Below are positions 42,065 to 54,979 of a DNA stretch of 64,000 nucleotides, in pieces. The notes under the pieces were generated by a model. The model saw only the letters and a program-made list of their open reading frames with translations, had not been told where the DNA came from and made no database searches. The number at the start of each line of letters is the position of its first letter. The stretch's first letter is position 1. The translations under genes were made by a program, and so were the position numbers. Source of the stretch: Psilocybe cubensis (Eukaryota); contig CM039005.1 in NCBI GenBank assembly GCA_017499595.2, positions 2,170,001 to 2,234,000 of the forward strand, read 5' to 3'.

Positions 42065-43694
42065 ATGCTGTCGCTTCGACTGATTCTTATAGGCCTCGTC
42101 GTGGGTCTCCTTCCTGTGGCTGTCACCGCCGCACCCGAACCTCTTGCGCCCAAAAATCAGACCATCCAATACAATAACCCACTCATATACTATCACGGAA
42201 GGTGGGATGCCTCTCAAGGTACTTGGTGGTAAGACATGATAAGCGTCGAAACCTCTCATAGCGCTGAAAGTGAGCGAGAAGGCCGGGCTCTGGATTCAAA
42301 GTCAACGTGTTGAATCTCAAGTCGTTGACCCTCAACCTGGGTCCACTTACCCCATACCCCTATGCCAGCATAGGGGTATCTGTGGGTGACACCGACTTCA
42401 TTCCTGTGAATGCCTCGGCAGGGGCAAATACGATAACGATACCCCCCGCAGTGTTGAAACAACCGCTATCGCGCCCCACTACTGTCAGAATAAACGCTGC
42501 GGGATGGGAGACGTATCGTCTACAGTTTGATAGCATCACAATAAACTCTGTGAGTAAGCTTTAGCATACTAACCATGTGCCGCAGTTATTCTAAACAGAG
42601 ACATAGGATGCCTTGGTTGTTCCATATATCCCATCGAAAACCGTCTTTGAGTTTATTGGTGATTCATTCACGTCTGTAAGCCTACGTCATTGCTGTATGT
42701 GCTAGTATCGCGCATTTATGGGGGTCATGCCAGGGATACCTTATGCCAAATGGTGCAGATCAGTCGTGGGCCTTCCTCGTCGGAGAGAAATACAAAGCCG
42801 AGCATCGAATAATTGCGCAGGCCGGAGCTGCTCTAACGGTATGAAACACGGCTGTATACAGCGTGTTCTACGATTCTGAACGTCTTTGGGAACCTCAGGA
42901 CATATATTCCTACGGAAATGTACACGGAATGTCGTTCCAATTCTTTAAGGTCATTTCTCCCATCCTTCAAACACCATGCTTGGCCTGAATTAGGTGATTT
43001 CTTTTAGACTGAGGATACGAGCTATTACTATACCACGGATCACAACTACACAACCGACTGGAATTTTGCCCGAGACCATCCAAAACCTTCTCACGTCGTC
43101 ATTCACATAGGGTCTGTGTCTATATCAAAAATATTTCCGGACCTATCTAATGTCCGTAATACAGTGCTAACGACAACGCCCAAGGGATTACCAACGACCA
43201 GTTTGTTCAGGTAAACTCATTCTGAAATTTCACCCGCGTAATCTAAGGAGGTTTAATACATGCCAGGTATACAACGACTTTTTAGTCAAGATCCGCGCGC
43301 TTTATTCGTCTCAGCCGCTCTTCCTCTTCACTCCGGTTCGTCTTGCAGAAATTGTAAACTGACAAACTCACATTAACCGCGGTTGGTCTAATTTTAGTGG
43401 GGTTGGCCAACCTCTGACGGCAATGTCTACTACTATTACGATGGCCAGTATCAGAGAGTTCTTGATGCTAGGTAAAATCCCGTCTTAATCTTTCATGCTT
43501 CCAATTTATTGATGTGCTCTTAAATAATTAGGAACGCCCTAGGCGACAACAATGTCTTTTTGGTAAACACTACTGGATGGATCACCTGGGAAGATGTTTT
43601 CCCAGACAGCCTTCATCCTACGCCAGCTGGACAGGCCAAGGTGGCCAACAACTTCATATCGTGGCTGGAGAATTGGGGTTTTTCGCCCAATTAA
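42065..43694 (+). CDS. Secreted SGNH/GDSL hydrolase (CE2-like carbohydrate esterase), many exons
   Basis: Signal peptide MLSLRLILIGLVVGLLPVAVTA, YHGRWD, FIGDSFTS (block I), HIGAND (block III), DSLHP (block V). Confidence 0.85.
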
Positions 43695-44527
43695 AAAGGA
43701 GAACTACTTAGGGTGTACATATGTATCACATATTCTCAGGTCTAGATAAATCGCCCCAGTATTGTCGGAGAAATCATAGTGCCATGACGCAAGCACCTTT
43801 ATACTGGCATATACAATGTTTCCCATTTTCGAAGAGAACATTCAGGTGCGTAGTAACAAGTATGATGACTATACCGACACGTAAGGAGCATGCGTATGCC
43901 ATGATTCCAAGTTAGTAAAGGTTGCGCTGGTAGATTAATCATCAATATAATGAAACGGACTTAGCTTGTCCACAACTCGACACCACTGATTCGTGAAAGT
44001 AGCGGTTAATTTTTGCACTTCCTTCTAACTTACTTCACTGAATCAATAAGATTAGTAGAGATACGCGAAGGATACGTGTAGTAATAGAATAGCCTTTCAA
44101 TTATTCTAAACGGATACTTAGCGGTTATCCAATCACGAGGATACACAGATTTACAGGTTTAGATTGCTCCAAAGCGCTGACTCTGAAGCTTTCAATAACT
44201 GTAGGAAGTCAAGAAAGAAACCTAATATATCTCCTTTGATAAAAAGTGCCCACCAAATCCATCAGGGTGGTAGGTGTGATGAGTAAGCGGATTTATGTCA
44301 GAGCCAAGGGTATGAGATTTTCTAGCCCTTTCTTCTCAAGTCCTTTGTAACATGATGATCATCGCTTCTTCACCAAATCGCGAAACTGATGACTATTGCT
44401 ACCTGCCACTGTGGAAAAATAGGTCTACAATAACTATAAAAGCACTCATATCTTTGCTTTGAACAATCTAACAAACATCCCAATCTTTTCCACTCTGATA
44501 TAAGTCAAGCCAACTATTAGCACAGCA

Positions 44528-46128
44528 ATGTCCTCTACCAAAGCCCTGTTCCAACCTCTTCAAATCGGCGATGTTACAGTGAAGAACCGTATTCATATGG
44601 CCGCTCTCACCAGGAATCGTGCTAAGGATACATACCCTTCAGACCTCATCAAAGAGCATTATGTGCAACGCGCCAGTGCTGGCCTCATCGTTACTGAAGC
44701 TATTTTGGTAACGCGCCTGGGGTAAGCATTTTCATATCGGTATTCAGTACGCGATTGTTAACCTCTGGCCCTTTTTAGAACGGAGTGGCCCCATGCACCA
44801 GGCCTGTGGGAGGACAAGCATGTCGAAGGATGGAAGAGCATCGTGGACGCAGTGCATGAGGCGGGTTCCATTATCTACGCACAAGTACGCATCTCTTCAA
44901 TCATATTTACCCACACATCACTGATAAAAAAATCATCGTTGTTTTTCTCAGCTTTGGCATGGTACGAGCCACCTTCCCGCTCCACTAAGCCTGTAGATTT
45001 TTTTAACAATGTTTTCGGTATCTAGTCGGACGTGTAGCGCATCCCGACATGGAGCAGCAGAAGCTCGCAGGAGAAGTACGTTTCTTTAATTTTTTTGAGA
45101 CTGGTTGCTTATTAGAGTTATCATTAGCCTGTGTACGGCCCTTCTGCAATTGGTGCTCGAGGAGGAAAGTTCAGACTCCTTCCTGGCCAGCCCGGATACG
45201 TCACAGTACGTCCCACTGTTTCATCATTGTCAAAAAAGCGCGTCGCTCAATCAGAGCCAACAGCCAACAGCCATTGATGATCCATGGAAGATCGTCGCAT
45301 TATTCAAACGTGCCGCCGTCAACGCCAAAAAGGCCGGATTTGATGGTGTCGAATGTAAGCTTTTTTTTTCACTCTTCAATGTCAGCTAAATTTAACCAAT
45401 TGATCTGAAGTGCATGGAGCAAATGGATACATCATTCACCAGTTTTTGGACAGCACCTCCAATCAGCGCACCGATGAATGGGGTGGGAGCATCGAAAACC
45501 GCGCACGTCTCGCCTTGGAGATAATCAAAGCAACGCAGGAGGTGTTTGGCCGCAATGTTGCCATCAAGCTCAGTCCTGCAGGAGGGTACAATGACATGGG
45601 GTATGATTCCAGTACGGCCTCACAATCGATTGATTTATCTGAAGGTTTTTTTATTGCAGCATGCCTCTGCAGGAAACTCTGGACACCTACTCCTATGTGA
45701 TCACCGAAGCTGACAAACTGGGCGTTTCTTATTTCGCACTTGTCCGCTACGCTCTGTTTTTCGATGTCGAATATGACGGTAAGTTATCCTCCAAACCCTT
45801 CTTATATCGGGTACTCATTCACCAACAACCAGGCGTCCGCCGCGCAACCAAGCACGACGTGCTCGCGTCCTATTCGCCCTACATCAAGAACGCCAAAGTC
45901 ATCGTCAACTCGGGCGTAACCCCCGAAGAAGGCGAAGAGCTTGTCGCGGCGGGCAAGGCAGACGCCATCTCGATTGGTTTCAACTATATTACCCACCCAG
46001 ATCTTGTCGAGCGGGTTCAGCATGGCAAGCCACTCGACAACATCCCTGACATGCCTCACATGCAGACCAACAAGGACTCGGGTGACTGGAGGACCGGATA
46101 TAATGATTACCCCACTGCTGTGTACTAG
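44528..46128 (+). CDS. NADH:flavin oxidoreductase / old yellow enzyme family, multi-exon
   Basis: KNRIHMAALTRNR, YVQRASAGLIVTEA, QLWHVGR, AGFDGVE.HGANGY, NQRTDEWGGSIENR, GYNDYP. Confidence 0.93.
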
Positions 46129-46535
46129 ATAGACCGCGTCGAGAGCCTTAAGGGCTGTTGCTGTTTAAATTTTATTAGTTTAGAGTTCCAAAGTCAGATT
46201 GTATGGATTTAATACCAATTATTAATTGCAATGTTCGAGAAGGATACTCAGAGTGTTGAAGCAGGGTTCGCCAGTGAACGCATGCTTGGGTCAGATTTGA
46301 AAACAGAACATGGAATGGCCATGACATAAAATGACAAAATGCTGAGACTTTCATTGTCATGAAGGGATAACCTTGTCGACTTGAGACGCATTTGACTAAA
46401 AGTAGCAAGTTAGCTGAAGATATGAGGCAGAATCTGAATTTCGAACAAAGCAAGTAGGATGTTGACTTTTCCACTGACGGCAGGTGTAGACATTAGTATC
46501 AGCGGTAATAGGATAAAATAAAAACACATAGAATT

Positions 46536-48472
46536 CTAATGCCTGAGACTGATCAACTTCCTTCCCCTAGCGCGCTCAATCTCAGCCTTGCCCCTCACTC
46601 CTGAGCCCTTGCTCAACTTCTTCCCCTTTCCACCCACGCCATCGCCCATGCCCGTGGGCGCATGACCCGCGTGTAGCATCCTAAATGCTGCCTTGATAAC
46701 ATTGAGCTTATTCCTGCTCCCCCATACCTTGGCACTAATATCCTTCAAACCCGCTGCCCTTAGAATCTGATGCAAAAAGGGGTTACACCTCAGCCCAAAC
46801 CCAACCGGACGTGGGCGCAAGATGAGCTGCGTCGCGCCGAGCTTGGTGCGCATCTCCGTCCAAATCGTACGCTGTTCAAAGCGTTCGACCCAGTCCATGT
46901 TCTTCACGGCCGCGATGCGCGCCGCCTTGAGCGCCACGGCGGCGTTGCTGTGCTTGCCCTCGCCATACCCGACCAGGCCCTTGCCATCGCCCACTAACAC
47001 CATATAGGCCACACGCCTGATCTTGCCTTTGCCCGTTTGCTGTACGACGGGCCGGCGCATGAGGATAGAGTGATACAGGTTTTGATAATAAGAAGCAGAG
47101 ACGGGGAGTGCGTTTATGACCGAGTCACCACCCTCATCCTCCTCAATGGGCGGACCAGACTCTTCTTCTCCTAGCAGTTCCTCTTCACCTTCGTTGTATT
47201 CGTGAAAGACGGAGCGGTGGTTTCGGACAATAACTTGGTTCTGGAATGGTGTTTCTTTACTCGCGGGGAAGTCGTATACCTCGCGTGGGTCCAGGATGCT
47301 GTCAGGAGTCATGAGGTCTGGATATTCCACCGGGCTTGAGATGTAGTCTTAATTTGATACCAACAATTCAATAGGTGTTCTTATGATGAATATTTATGCA
47401 GACATACTTTGAACAGTCTCGCTTTTAAGCTGCCATGGACCCTTTTGCTGCGTGTTGAAGGCTTCTTCGACTACAGACTGTTTGACGAGCTGGATACATT
47501 CCTCAGGGCGCATAGCATTAAGTTTGGGCGGCAACAGCTGCAAACCTCCACGAAGGAAGAACTCGAGCAGGGGAAGAAGAGGTGTATCATCATTCTTTTC
47601 CGATATTTCAAAGGCCAGGAAGCGTTTCTCGAATTCTTCTTCTGTCTGGGGGTCGAAGGCGTTGATTAGAGATGAGCAAAGGTCGGTCTCCAAAATGGAG
47701 CAGACAAATGCATATCTGTCTATGCCTGAGTATAACGTCAATACACGAAGAAGGTAACACAGGAGATAAAAAGGAGAGTAGCTGGCGTCACGTACGGAGC
47801 TGCTCTAATGCCTGTCGCGTCTCTAAGGAGAACCATGACGCGTAATATTCTTCAATATTGATAGGTTCATTCGAGAGAAGGTCGGCGAAGAGTTGCTCAT
47901 CAAGTTGCGGCGGGAGTGCAGACGTCGATTCCACTGAAAGAAAGTTGAACAGCTGGGTAAAACAGAAGAAACCCCGCACCCACCTTGTTCTGCTTGCACA
48001 ACCTCCTTAGATTTGAAGTCGGTTGTTTGCTTTGATGGACGTGCTGTTCAAGGACATAGTTATACAAGTTTACCAAAATCTCAGAAATCCTCTGCAGAAC
48101 GCACCAGAATGAACCACCGAAGGCCTCAACTGCTGAGGTTTTGCTACAATAGAACTTTAGGGCTCCACCACTGGACAACCATAGAACAAGGACAAACGCA
48201 CCCTCTGATTTCGGTTGCTGTTGCTTTGGCTGCTGTTTTGAGTGCTGCTGCTGTTTTGACTGCCCAGGCGCCGCTTCAAAAGGTCCTCCAAAAAATTCAG
48301 CATCCACTTCCGTCATGCCTTTTTTCCTCTTGTTCGCTGGAGGCGTTGCGCGAATGTTCTGACATGAAGTCGTCGAGAAGGCCCGAGCAAGATCTCTGCG
48401 AGCCGGGGCTACAGCACCGTTTGTGCGAGCCGCCGCTCGCGATATGGGGCGTAAGAGCAGCAGCCTGTTCAT
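46536..48472 (-). CDS. MRPS5: Mitochondrial ribosomal protein uS5m, multi-exon
   Basis: Arg-rich presequence MNRLLLLRPISRAAAR; S5 domains QQTGKGKI, LVGDGKGLVGYGEGK, RPRPVGFGLR, AGLKDISAKVWGSRN. Middle exon structure is uncertain. Confidence 0.85.
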
Positions 48473-48748
48473 CGGGCGAGCTTCAAGGTATGTTTTCGAA
48501 ATTTGTGACGGACAAAACACCCGGCGTCCAACGACCAGCCGGGGGAAAATTGGACGAAAATGGAAATTCTCATCCTGTCCTGTCATTGGCTCATATGAAC
48601 ATGATCACGTGTATTGATGGGCTGTTGAGCCTCCAAGTTTAACTCTCAAAGCTCAGACCGTCAGACCCTCACTGTTCTAGGGAGCAAAAACTTCAAGTGA
48701 GATATATCAAAGCTAACTCTTTATATATAACACATGTCCCAGACGCAG

Positions 48749-49050
48749 AAATATAAAATCTACAATGCTTTTTAAGGTTTCAGTTGAAAGCGTGCCGCTG
48801 CCAGGCGGCAGTCACAGCGATTATCGCAACCTTCGTATCATTGAGGCAACAGCTCTGATTGGACTAACGTGTGGAATGAATGGATTAAGCCGCTCTGTAG
48901 CTTTTTTGAAGAAGGCTTAAGTCTCAGCGAAGATGTAGAGGAAAGGGATGACGGCGCAGATGAATTCATGACTGGTGGTGGATTGTTGACTTTCGAGAAC
49001 TTCATGGCAACTATTAAAGCTTAAAGTTGCACCCTGGAATTTCAACGCGA
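48749..49050 (+). pseudogene. FunK1 copy F: collapsed relic
   Basis: Successive fragments KYKIYNA, HSDYRNLRII, WTNVWNEWIKPL and DEFMTGGGLLTFENFMATIK match distant parts of copy B. Confidence 0.75.
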
Positions 49051-49730
49051 ATGGTAAATAATGTTTGTTTGCCTTTTTTCCTGTGTTTGTATGTCACAAG
49101 TATTCTTTGTGTATAAACGGCGTGTTGAATCATAACAATTTTGCATAAAAACTTGCACAACGCGGATGGAAAACCCAAACATAAACAGTTGGCCAAAGTC
49201 TTAAAACTTCCAGAAAAGAAAAAGGTATTCGAATATACTTGTTTTATCATTGACTCGAATATGGCCTTTGTAATTTCCACGGCCACTGATGATGCTCATG
49301 GTTGCCGTTGTGTCTGCCAGGCCACAACTTATAAGTTTTTCATATTTCTGAGTAAAGGCGATCAAGCCTATACTCTACTATAAATCTCATTCCTATGATA
49401 GTACTTCAAACTTGTGAATTGTGAATGTCAATGGGCTTAACAGCTTGAAGTCTAATATGACCACCCCCCTTGTGGGAAACAATGAACACGATCACGGGCA
49501 TTAATGGTCGTCGGCTGTTTTGCTAATTACTCCCATCCTTCACTGTCTTTCCAAACCATCACCTCCCTGAAGTTTTTCAGCGATTCACAATGACCCCATC
49601 TTTTGAGAGTCACTCCCAATCCTCATCCTCTGCATCCGGTTATTGGTACAGCATTACTTCATCCGGTAAGCCCACATGCAACACATTGCACCGTACCCTC
49701 TGAGTTCATCTCTCTCCAGATTCTTGTTCA

Positions 49731-52149
49731 ATGTCCGGTCGTACACGTACGAAATCGGCCAGTTCTAGCATCCTGAAATCGGACCTTGATGACCACATCC
49801 TCGACAACGTATCCGTGGCCCATTTTGTCGAGCATGTCTGGGGATTAGGGCCTGCAAAGGTTTCAAAAATTCTTGATACACAATTTCAGCTCCCAGAAGA
49901 CCTCCTGAAAGAATATCTGCATATTCTCAACAACAGTACCAAGCAGGAGTTCACACTTCACAAGCCATTTCGCGGTATCTCTAGAGCACTTCTCAAGAGC
50001 GTCTGCGATCATTTTGACCTTCCGCACACTGTGCTCCAAACATACTTTTGGGATGGAAATGGCACAACTTATGTCTCTCATGAATCTCGTGTCAAATTCA
50101 AAAAGACATCGAGCAGCAATGCCCAAGCAATGGTCGTGAAAATAAAGAAGGGTTCCCATCATGGCATGCTCAAGCCTGACCTCCTGGAGGTATGCATACC
50201 GGTAGATAATGACAACAATCCTTTGAATCCCGACAACGAAGACTCTATCACAAATGCAGAGATACCAACATGGGCTCTTGCGCGTGCCCCGGTCAAATTT
50301 AAGAAGGATAGGAAGACGGTCACACCCAAGCTCGACACCGTTCACGAAGGCAAAGAGACGGGCACAGGGTCTGGTGTAGGTACCGAGGTGTCGTCTTTGC
50401 TCAATACTGACGGGATGGGCAACTCGTCTGGTTTCACGCAGGAGAGTGGAAAATCTAGAAACAAGCGACCAGGCAGTCCAACCCTCTCAAAAGAACTTAG
50501 AGACGCGAAGAAACAACGCACCATGGCCACCCGGAACATTTCACTAGATGAATTAAAACTTGCTAATTATGCGCTTGAGTGCCTTTACGCCGGAAATCGA
50601 CACTACGTGACTGGCATTTTTATCAACGGCGTCACCTTTAGACTCTGGTATTACGATCACTCGGGCCCAATGCGTACCGTTTCTCATGACTTTTCTCAGC
50701 CATCTGGCACGGCCAATCTTGCAGCTGTCCTGTTCGCTCTTAGTCAGAGCAACATGAAGCAGGCTGGATTCAACCCTTATATCTATTGCCTGGCTGGAAA
50801 GCTTGACGTGCCCATTCAGACTTCCACTGTAATTCCCTTGACCAAACCGTGGCCTAAGATGAAAGACCTCTGCTACAAATTCACCGAGGGCAACAAGGAA
50901 CATGTGTTTGCTATACACAGATATATCTCTCGCTACAGAGGCATCAACGGTCGTGGAACGGTGGCAGCACAAGTTCGCCATGCTCTCATAGGAGAAATGT
51001 TCTCTCCTAATCTATACGTCCTCAAGATGAGTTGGCAGTTTCCAAATCGTAAGCATGAAGGCGAAATCATCAGTCACCTTCGCAAAGTGCTTCCTGACTG
51101 GCATGATCACCTTCCCGACCCCTTATTCTATACGAAGATTACAGCGGAAGAACTTGCCATGCCGAAATACAATGTCTACAATGCGATGAAGGACTCAGCC
51201 ACTCCCCCTAGCAATCACATCGACGACCGCGATCTGCATGTCATTGCAACAAACCGCTACAAACACCTTTGGGAAGCCAGTGACATTGAAGAGTTTAAGC
51301 AGGCTTTCATAGACTGTATGGAATGCAAGTTATTGTTTGTGCCGTTTGAACAGTTTTTAATTGATATCTCATAGGCCATTACCATGCCTTTCAAACTGGG
51401 AATGTTCTTCACCGTGATATCAGCGAGAATAACCTCATGATATATCTACCTGGCAAGACAGACAAGCTGGAAGAACAAGATGTTGCCGATAATGCGGAAA
51501 TTGCTACCAAAAAGATAGCCTCTGGTCCAGCGACCGAGTCGAAGTCTGTTGAAATCACAGAACCTCGAGTTCGCGGAGTTCTCAACGACTTCGATATGGC
51601 CGTCGTTCTAGGTCCCGATGGCAAACCTACAACACCTTCCACCGGAGATCACCACATCACAGGCACTCTACCCTTCATGGCTGGTGATCTTCTCATGACA
51701 CCGGAAGATCGAGCGAAATTCCAATTGAAATACCCTACAGTTCCGACGTATCATTTGTACCGCCACGACCTCGAGTCGTTTTTCTACATCCTCGTTTGGG
51801 CAGCCACACGTTATGATTTAAAAAGGGCTGCAGGTTGCGCCTTCTCCCGGGCTCGCCGCTGATAGGGTGGTCAAATACCCCAAACGTGCTCAACACTGTG
51901 CAAATAAAGGCATTAACAATTCCGCTCATGGAAGTATTGGAAACAGGTACCCTCGCAGAGTGGAAAGGCCTTTGGGCGGACTGGATTGAGCCACTCTTTC
52001 TTTTATTTGAGGAAGGGCTGCGATGCAGCGCAGCTGCTCGGAGACGCGGCAATATAGATGATTTCACGACCGGCGGGGGACTTTTGACTTTTGAAAAATT
52101 CATGGCGACTATTAAAGTCACACCCCGAAACTTCGATACCAAGAAGTGA
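49731..52149 (+). pseudogene. FunK1 copy E: full length, with a 1-nt frameshift (or sequencing error) and a GC-AG intron
   Basis: Colinear with copy B. Intron 51325-51374 begins GCAAGT. The A run at 51820 has 5 A versus 6 in copies A and B, shifting the frame after RYDLK. Confidence 0.8.
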
Positions 52150-52419
52150 TAGACCTGTGCGTTTCATCGCCTTTGTCGAATATAAATTTCAGTAGCTTCA
52201 TCTATATATAACCTCTTACATCGTTTGTATGTAAATATCGCGACTGATGACTAGTGAAATAACCACCGATTCTAAGATGACAGTGGTCAATTTATTTGTT
52301 CAAACCCTCTATCATCCTTGTATTGACAAATAACCAGTTGAACCTTTCAACTCATTTCATTCTGTGCATACACTCCTTCCGTAACGTAGCCCAGCTGCTG
52401 TCCCGTCAGAAGTTCAAAG

Positions 52420-52755
52420 CTAGCATCCTTGAGCATTTCTGCAGCATAACACCTTATTTCTCTTTGCGCAGCATGGGCCGTCTCCACAGGGCCCCCTGAG
52501 TTCCTCAGCATACCCTGGAGGGCAAATGTTGTCCTTGCATTTTGGAGCTTGACCTTGCCAGTAGCATCCGTTTGGAGCAGGGCCATCTGCTTCGCTTCGT
52601 TCGCCAATGTCGATGAACTCATTAGTTCTGATCAGTAGGGCGTCGAGGCTACCAGGGTCAAAAAGCGCAGTGGCACTGTCATGGTTTGTTGTGGTCGCAG
52701 GCATAGCGAATGCTGCTACGGCCCATAAAGCCAACGCTAGGAGGTGCCAAGTCAT
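52420..52755 (-). CDS. Small secreted cysteine-rich protein (111 aa)
   Basis: Signal peptide MTWHLLALALWAVAAFA; C-terminal CYWQGQAPKC...CPPGY...CGDGPCC...KVLCC...C with 9 Cys. Confidence 0.75.
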   Translation of the reverse strand: MTWHLLALALWAVAAFAMPATTTNHDSATALFDPGSLDALLIRTNEFIDIGERSEADGPAPNGCYWQGQAPKCKDNICPPGYAEELRGPCGDGPCCAKRNKVLCCRNAQGC

Positions 52756-53419
52756 TCTGTGGAGTAGTAGGGCGTCAAAACACTATTCGCCTTTCTCATG
52801 TAGTACCCACTTACTGCGTTGCCTGCGATGAATTATTTGGTACTAAATTTGGGTACATTGCACCTTCATTCTCGTCGACTTTTCAACCTTATATATTCGC
52901 CCGTGGTATGAAATTTGATCGGCATTTGGTAGTGTTCCTTCTAAGTTCTTTTAGCTCGTCAATGGACGGACTTACACGGTAACAACTGTCAAATTTCAGT
53001 TTGCACAATTAAAACCACATTAGAGCTGCACAAATCATATGGCGCATCATACATAGGCTCCCCATTTCTTTCGACCTGCTTTTGAAACTCTAACACTGTC
53101 AACGTGGTGAATCTTGCACAAAGGTCTCGTATTGCAAAAAGGTCAGTATGATTAGTATACATGTTACATGGAGAAATCCGACGAAGTGGGTAGTGCTATA
53201 GAGCACGAGGGGTGATGATAGTTCGTACATGATATTTGACATTCAAGAATTCCGTCTGTCCGGGGTAAAACGCTAACAGAGAGTATACAATTAAGAGAAT
53301 CTTGATGTTTCTACAGGCTCAGCCTGCCGAAACTGGAAGCTTATAATAAGAAGTTCAGAATGCGAAAACGATCCAGCGCAAAAAAATGAAATGGAAGACT
53401 TACAGAAGAGTGGCTGACG

Positions 53420-54979
53420 TTAAGCTTCTTCCACCAATGCATGCAGCCCAGGCCTAACATCAGAGCGGATAGATATTGACACTCCCCTATGCGCTAAAGA
53501 TTCAAGCATGATAGGGCACGGGGAAGGCGTCGAAGAATGCTCATCCGGCGATGCAAAATTGAGAACCAACATGACATCCTTTATACTTGACATAGGTTTA
53601 TGGGAGGAAATTACAGGGGCTAATTGCGAAGGGTCCTTCGGTGGCGGGAGCGGGCAGCGTGACTCAAGAACAGTAAGTAAAGCCTCCCATGTGAAGCCTT
53701 GAGCGCCAGCGTAAGAAAGACTTTGCAATTCGGGAAGCGAGCAGCTTATTTTATTCGCTTGTGCATAATCCGGGTTCAGCGTTTGCAGTACCGCGTCGGT
53801 TAGTGGTGCGTGTCTTATCGATGTGAGTGTCGGCATAGCCATTTTGAGAGATTTGAGAGATGAAAGTGCGGCCAGAAGAATCTGAAGAGGCTCTTCACGT
53901 ATTGGAGCATGAAGGATGTCCAGAGTTTCCAATTGGCAACCAGACCGCTTGATCAGAGAGACTATGTCATGGGCAGGTACTGGTTGTAACCCCTCGGCGG
54001 TATATGAAAGTGTATTGAGTTTGGGCGTAGATATCTTGTCAAATAGTAGCTGTATATCTGTGCCTTTGTCATTGACGATACAAACCTCTTCAAGATTCGA
54101 AAGGATAATAGGTTCCTCGGGAGGATCGTGCCTATCGTCTCCGCTCAGAATTCGTTTAGCTGTCAGAGTGTGCAAAGCTGTCGTCTGCCTGAGCATCTCC
54201 AGTATTTCGTCAATATAAAAAGACTCTAATTCGACGTGAGTCAAGACTTCAAAATGGAAGACGATGGAGCGAAGGTAAAGGCATGATAATGACAGATAGC
54301 GAAGATTCGGTGAAAGCGGTATAGTAATTCTGTGAACGCGATCTCCTTGTCCTCCCGGAGGCTTGAGAATGAACGAGTTTAGAACGGGAAAGCCGCGGGC
54401 CTCTTCCGTAGAGGGTAGATACCTGTAGCAAGAAGACGGTAGATGTATGATGAGATCGTGCCAACGGTGGGCATACTTTCGAATAGCTTGTATGACGCCT
54501 TCGGAGCTAACCCCGGTCCAGGAGAAGTCATCGGCTGCCATGAGCCTGATGGAAAGTGGGAGCTCGCCTGAACGAGCAAGCCATTCTTCCAGTAAGTTAA
54601 CCTGGGTATGGATATTGAGAGGAGAGATGAGGCGAAAGGTCAATTTTGACCAAAGCATCGGCGTCGACCAAGCTATTCGCCTCCACGAGGCGCATACTGC
54701 ACCGAAGACGAAAGGTGTGAATGGAGGGTCACCCGTACTAGGCATGTCGTTCTTCGGGTCGAAGGAAGGGAGACAAAAGCTGAAAATTTCAGAAATAATC
54801 TCGACAGGGAGATGGAGTAGGAATGGGCTATACTGGTCGTTGACGGTCCTTTTGAGAGAAATGCTTTCATTCATCAGGCCAACCAACGTCGCGGAAACAC
54901 GCGCCACTTCAGCTTCAATGATGGCTAGCTGTTCTCGTGGGTCTTTCGTCTCCGAAACCTGATTTATGATTGAAGACAT
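53420..54979 (-). CDS. F-box protein with LRR-like C-terminus (intronless)
   Basis: Coiled N-terminus, LHLPVEIISEIFSFCL, GAVCASWRRIAWSTPMLWS, WLARSGELPLSI, then LxxLxL repeats. Confidence 0.88.
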   Translation of the reverse strand: MSSIINQVSETKDPREQLAIIEAEVARVSATLVGLMNESISLKRTVNDQYSPFLLHLPVEIISEIFSFCLPSFDPKNDMPSTGDPPFTPFVFGAVCASWRRIAWSTPMLWSKLTFRLISPLNIHTQVNLLEEWLARSGELPLSIRLMAADDFSWTGVSSEGVIQAIRKYAHRWHDLIIHLPSSCYRYLPSTEEARGFPVLNSFILKPPGGQGDRVHRITIPLSPNLRYLSLSCLYLRSIVFHFEVLTHVELESFYIDEILEMLRQTTALHTLTAKRILSGDDRHDPPEEPIILSNLEEVCIVNDKGTDIQLLFDKISTPKLNTLSYTAEGLQPVPAHDIVSLIKRSGCQLETLDILHAPIREEPLQILLAALSSLKSLKMAMPTLTSIRHAPLTDAVLQTLNPDYAQANKISCSLPELQSLSYAGAQGFTWEALLTVLESRCPLPPPKDPSQLAPVISSHKPMSSIKDVMLVLNFASPDEHSSTPSPCPIMLESLAHRGVSISIRSDVRPGLHALVEEA

